In this document: positions 61,443 to 64,000 of the stretch, piece by piece
Layout: every line of letters starts with the position of its first letter
Position numbering within the stretch: position 1 is the first letter of the stretch
Origin: a virus
Lineage: Duplodnaviria; Caudoviricetes
Length of the DNA: 64,000 bases
Virus record (IMG/VR): IMGVR_UViG_3300028591_000076
Coordinates: 175,842-239,841 of that record
Strand: one strand, 5' to 3'
The notes under the pieces: model-generated
Seen by the model: the letters and a program-made list of their open reading frames with translations, nothing else
Databases searched by the model: none
What the model was told of the DNA's origin: nothing
Position numbers and translations under genes: made by a program

Positions 61443-61570
61443 GATTCAGCTCCTACTGTGTAATATGTGAATACGCCAAACAAGAGTATAAAAGTTTTAG
61501 AAAAAATTATATTTTTTCTGATTTTATTACATATTATATATAAGAACAAACAAATTAAGTGAGGTTTAGT

Positions 61571-61894
61571 ATGAAAACAATTAGAATTAGAACAAGAAAA
61601 GATTTTGAATTTCTCGAAGGAATTAGTGCTGCAACGACTCGTGGACCCGACAACTGTAAAAGAGCAATACCAGTATTGATTCATGACTTCAATTTTAATC
61701 AGTCGAAGAAATATGTTTTTTTCGGTTCAGATCTTAACAAAGCATATAAACTTACTGATAATGCTGTTGATGATAATACGTTATATTATGCTTTTGATAC
61801 AAAAGATTTTGATTCTACCAAAATCGCTGATCTTAGAAAACTCGGATTTCGTTGGTTCGACGACATTATTGATTCATTAAGATATGTTGAATAA
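61571..61894 (+). CDS. hypothetical (putative early) protein
   Basis: GAGG RBS before MKTIRI; followed by terminator 61909-61937. Confidence 0.75.
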   Translation: MKTIRIRTRKDFEFLEGISAATTRGPDNCKRAIPVLIHDFNFNQSKKYVFFGSDLNKAYKLTDNAVDDNTLYYAFDTKDFDSTKIADLRKLGFRWFDDIIDSLRYVE

Positions 61895-62168
61895 AATAAA
61901 ATAAATAAAAAACTAGACTAGTATGTCTAGTTTTTTTATTATAAAGACCCGTCTCGTTGTACTTGAATATCGAAGTATAACCTACTCATTCTAGCTCAAC
62001 TTATATATAAATATATAGCGCCTTTATTCATATCTGTTTAGATATAGTATAATATTTGAGTCGATAAATAATTTAATTCCTGATATTCTACAGTAATATG
62101 TAATCTACTACGAGATAAATATGGTCTCGTGTAAATATATTCTCCAGTGTATCTGCTAATTATATAAT

Positions 62169-63083
62169 ATGGGAAAAATTGGGTATAGAGCTGGTGATTT
62201 AAGTCATAAGGCTGAAGACGTTACGCAGCTGGTAGATAGAGGAACGGGTTATTTTGGTACTGGATATTATTTTACTACCGAGCCCGAGCGCTGTATGATG
62301 CAGGGTAAAGCTCAGCAGCGTCCATTATACCGGTTAACGTTTAAGGATGATGTTAACTGGTTAGCAGGTACAATACGTTTACATGAAGACCTGAAGGATT
62401 TTCACAGGTATATGTTTATGTATTCGACATACCGAGATGAAAAATTATTGAGTCAGCTGTGTGAATTTGCTACTGCTGCTGGATTAGTATGTGGATATGA
62501 TAGCGATTTCGGGGATATGCTTGAGTCTGAATGGGATTATTACAGGTATGAATATGATACAGAGGACTGGGATGAGTTCTGTAATAAATATTATCCGATG
62601 AAAAGTATGCTTGCAGTAGCAGATGAATGTGATGAGCTTAAGGAATTTGCTCACCTGCTGCGCACCTGTGATGACACTACAGGTAAACCGGACTTCGAGT
62701 CGATAAGTAATTGGAAGCAAGCTCACCTGGATTACTTTAATGATGACAGGATGAGAGATTATAAACATACCGCGGATAGAAAGCGTATTACATTACCAGT
62801 AAGTTTTAATATTACGCAGGAACGGTTTGATGAGATATGCCGTGATATATATGAACTGTATAAAGATGATTATTCAGGTGGTATGTTCAGGCCATGGCGC
62901 CGACAAAAGGAGCTTGCTGGATTAGATTCATTTCCTACGCTGCTGGTTAAAGCTTTAGGGTATGATGGAATTTGGCCGGCGGAAGAGTGTGATAATATTT
63001 CATACGGCGGGATTATTTATAATATCGATGATATAGTGAGCTGTGACCAAATTGCAGCTGTAGCAGCAGACTGGGGGAAATAG
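62169..63083 (+). CDS. ART-PolyVal-like ADP-ribosyltransferase-fold protein
   Basis: GYRAG, GYFGTGYYFT, ALGYDGI, IIYN motif order. Confidence 0.6.
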   Translation: MGKIGYRAGDLSHKAEDVTQLVDRGTGYFGTGYYFTTEPERCMMQGKAQQRPLYRLTFKDDVNWLAGTIRLHEDLKDFHRYMFMYSTYRDEKLLSQLCEFATAAGLVCGYDSDFGDMLESEWDYYRYEYDTEDWDEFCNKYYPMKSMLAVADECDELKEFAHLLRTCDDTTGKPDFESISNWKQAHLDYFNDDRMRDYKHTADRKRITLPVSFNITQERFDEICRDIYELYKDDYSGGMFRPWRRQKELAGLDSFPTLLVKALGYDGIWPAEECDNISYGGIIYNIDDIVSCDQIAAVAADWGK

Positions 63084-63872
63084 ATGATAACGTTATACCG
63101 GGGTATTGTACAGGGTAGACAGCGGCAAAATAAAACAGCTGGTACAGGTATATGGTTTTCGAATTCGATAGCAGTAGCAAAAACCTATTCAGATGTAGTA
63201 GAGGAGTGGCAGTTGGATGATACGCTGCAGCTTCAAGCAGTACGAATTGACTGTAAAGGAAAGAGCTGGAGTGAGGTAAATACCGACGCGTTGGCTCGTA
63301 AATATGCTGATAAAGACGTAGTTATATTCAAGGATGTGGTTGATGTAGGCAATAACTGGATGAAGCAGCTGCCAGATGAAGCAAAATCATCGAAAGACTC
63401 ACTACATGATGGATTATCGAAATATTTTAAGGCAGATGACTGGGTTGTGAATAATCCAAGCTGTATAAATAGATTGCGAGTAATAAACTTTAAGGATAAC
63501 AAACAGATGAACATTTTCGAAAATATTTATGAAGCAGCAGAACAGCGGCGTAATAATGACCTACAGGGACTTAATGAGTATTATGTTCCTGAGGAGATGA
63601 GACCAAAAAGCGTACCGGTAGAGGAAGTAGTAGATAACTTCTTCGATAAATACTGTGATGCAGCAGGATATGTTAACTTTGATAAGGTATCGAAACGTAT
63701 AGGCTATAATCCACACAGTGTTTTTGCACTGCTACGTACAAAAGAGATCTTAGAAAAGTATCCGATAAATAAAGAAGACATGTTGAGCTTTATGAAATCA
63801 TCAAGCGACAGCAATAGATCAGCTCTTGAGCAGTATATTCGGGAATTTTGTAATAAGCATAGTGCGGAGTAG
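63084..63872 (+). CDS. ART-PolyVal-like domain joined to a FExIY-leader module
   Basis: LYRG, GIWFS...VAKTY, DVVIFKDVVD, WVVNNP; internal MNIFENIYE at 63507. Confidence 0.65.
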   Translation: MITLYRGIVQGRQRQNKTAGTGIWFSNSIAVAKTYSDVVEEWQLDDTLQLQAVRIDCKGKSWSEVNTDALARKYADKDVVIFKDVVDVGNNWMKQLPDEAKSSKDSLHDGLSKYFKADDWVVNNPSCINRLRVINFKDNKQMNIFENIYEAAEQRRNNDLQGLNEYYVPEEMRPKSVPVEEVVDNFFDKYCDAAGYVNFDKVSKRIGYNPHSVFALLRTKEILEKYPINKEDMLSFMKSSSDSNRSALEQYIREFCNKHSAE

Positions 63873-63878
63873 CAGCAG

Positions 63879-64000
63879 ATGAATAAATTATATGAGCAAA
63901 TTTTCCAAGAGGCTTCAAAGCGTCGGTTTATCGAGCCTATATGGCAGCAGCTCAGTAATAATGCAGCAGGCATAATGAAGATGACGCAGTATCAGGATGA
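63879..64000 (+). CDS. leader-bearing protein, truncated by window edge
   Basis: GGAG SD; MNKLYEQIFQEASKRRFIEP resembles 43172 (ILQEASKYRFLEP). Confidence 0.7.
   Translation, partial: MNKLYEQIFQEASKRRFIEPIWQQLSNNAAGIMKMTQYQD

Noticed and set aside
60864..62130. Recurring CCGTCTCGTT / GTCTCG words in non-coding DNA
   Set aside because: Only two 10-mers and a few 6-mers; too little evidence to call iterons
1..64000. Genome-wide alternative genetic code (TAG or TGA recoding)
   Set aside because: Capsid, tail and enzyme genes are intact in code 11 and coding density is high; only the local junctions at 63 kb are suggestive

Overview
A 64 kb segment of an AT-rich, T4-like large (probably jumbo) myophage genome in the standard genetic code, with no tRNA, rRNA or CRISPR array seen. 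Structural genes: gp23-like major capsid, gp19-like tail tube with three tube-fold paralogues, and gp25-, gp26- and gp51-like baseplate proteins. DNA and nucleotide metabolism: SbcC/gp46, RecU, SNF2 helicase, PD-(D/E)XK nuclease, dUTPase, ThyA and an ATP-cone RNR start. The host is probably a spirochaete (Treponema-like), because the phage carries both a FlaB flagellin and a FlaA sheath homologue. Main observations: (1) about 16 small proteins, including nine of a 10-gene divergent tandem array, share a C-terminal Y-[F/Y/W] tail; (2) a second dispersed family shares an N-terminal MNxxFExIY...[L/I]xE leader resembling a capsid-targeting, protease-cleaved signal, mostly on leaderless genes behind a CTAATT motif; (3) phage-encoded periplasmic flagellar filament genes with CsrA-type leader sites; (4) two unannotated structured RNA candidates (about 18.17-18.62 kb and 59.17-59.53 kb); (5) a CoaD-CoaE pair, several ADP-ribosyltransferase-fold genes plus NADAR, and a compositionally distinct block after about 59.2 kb. 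All calls were made by eye; no searches were run.
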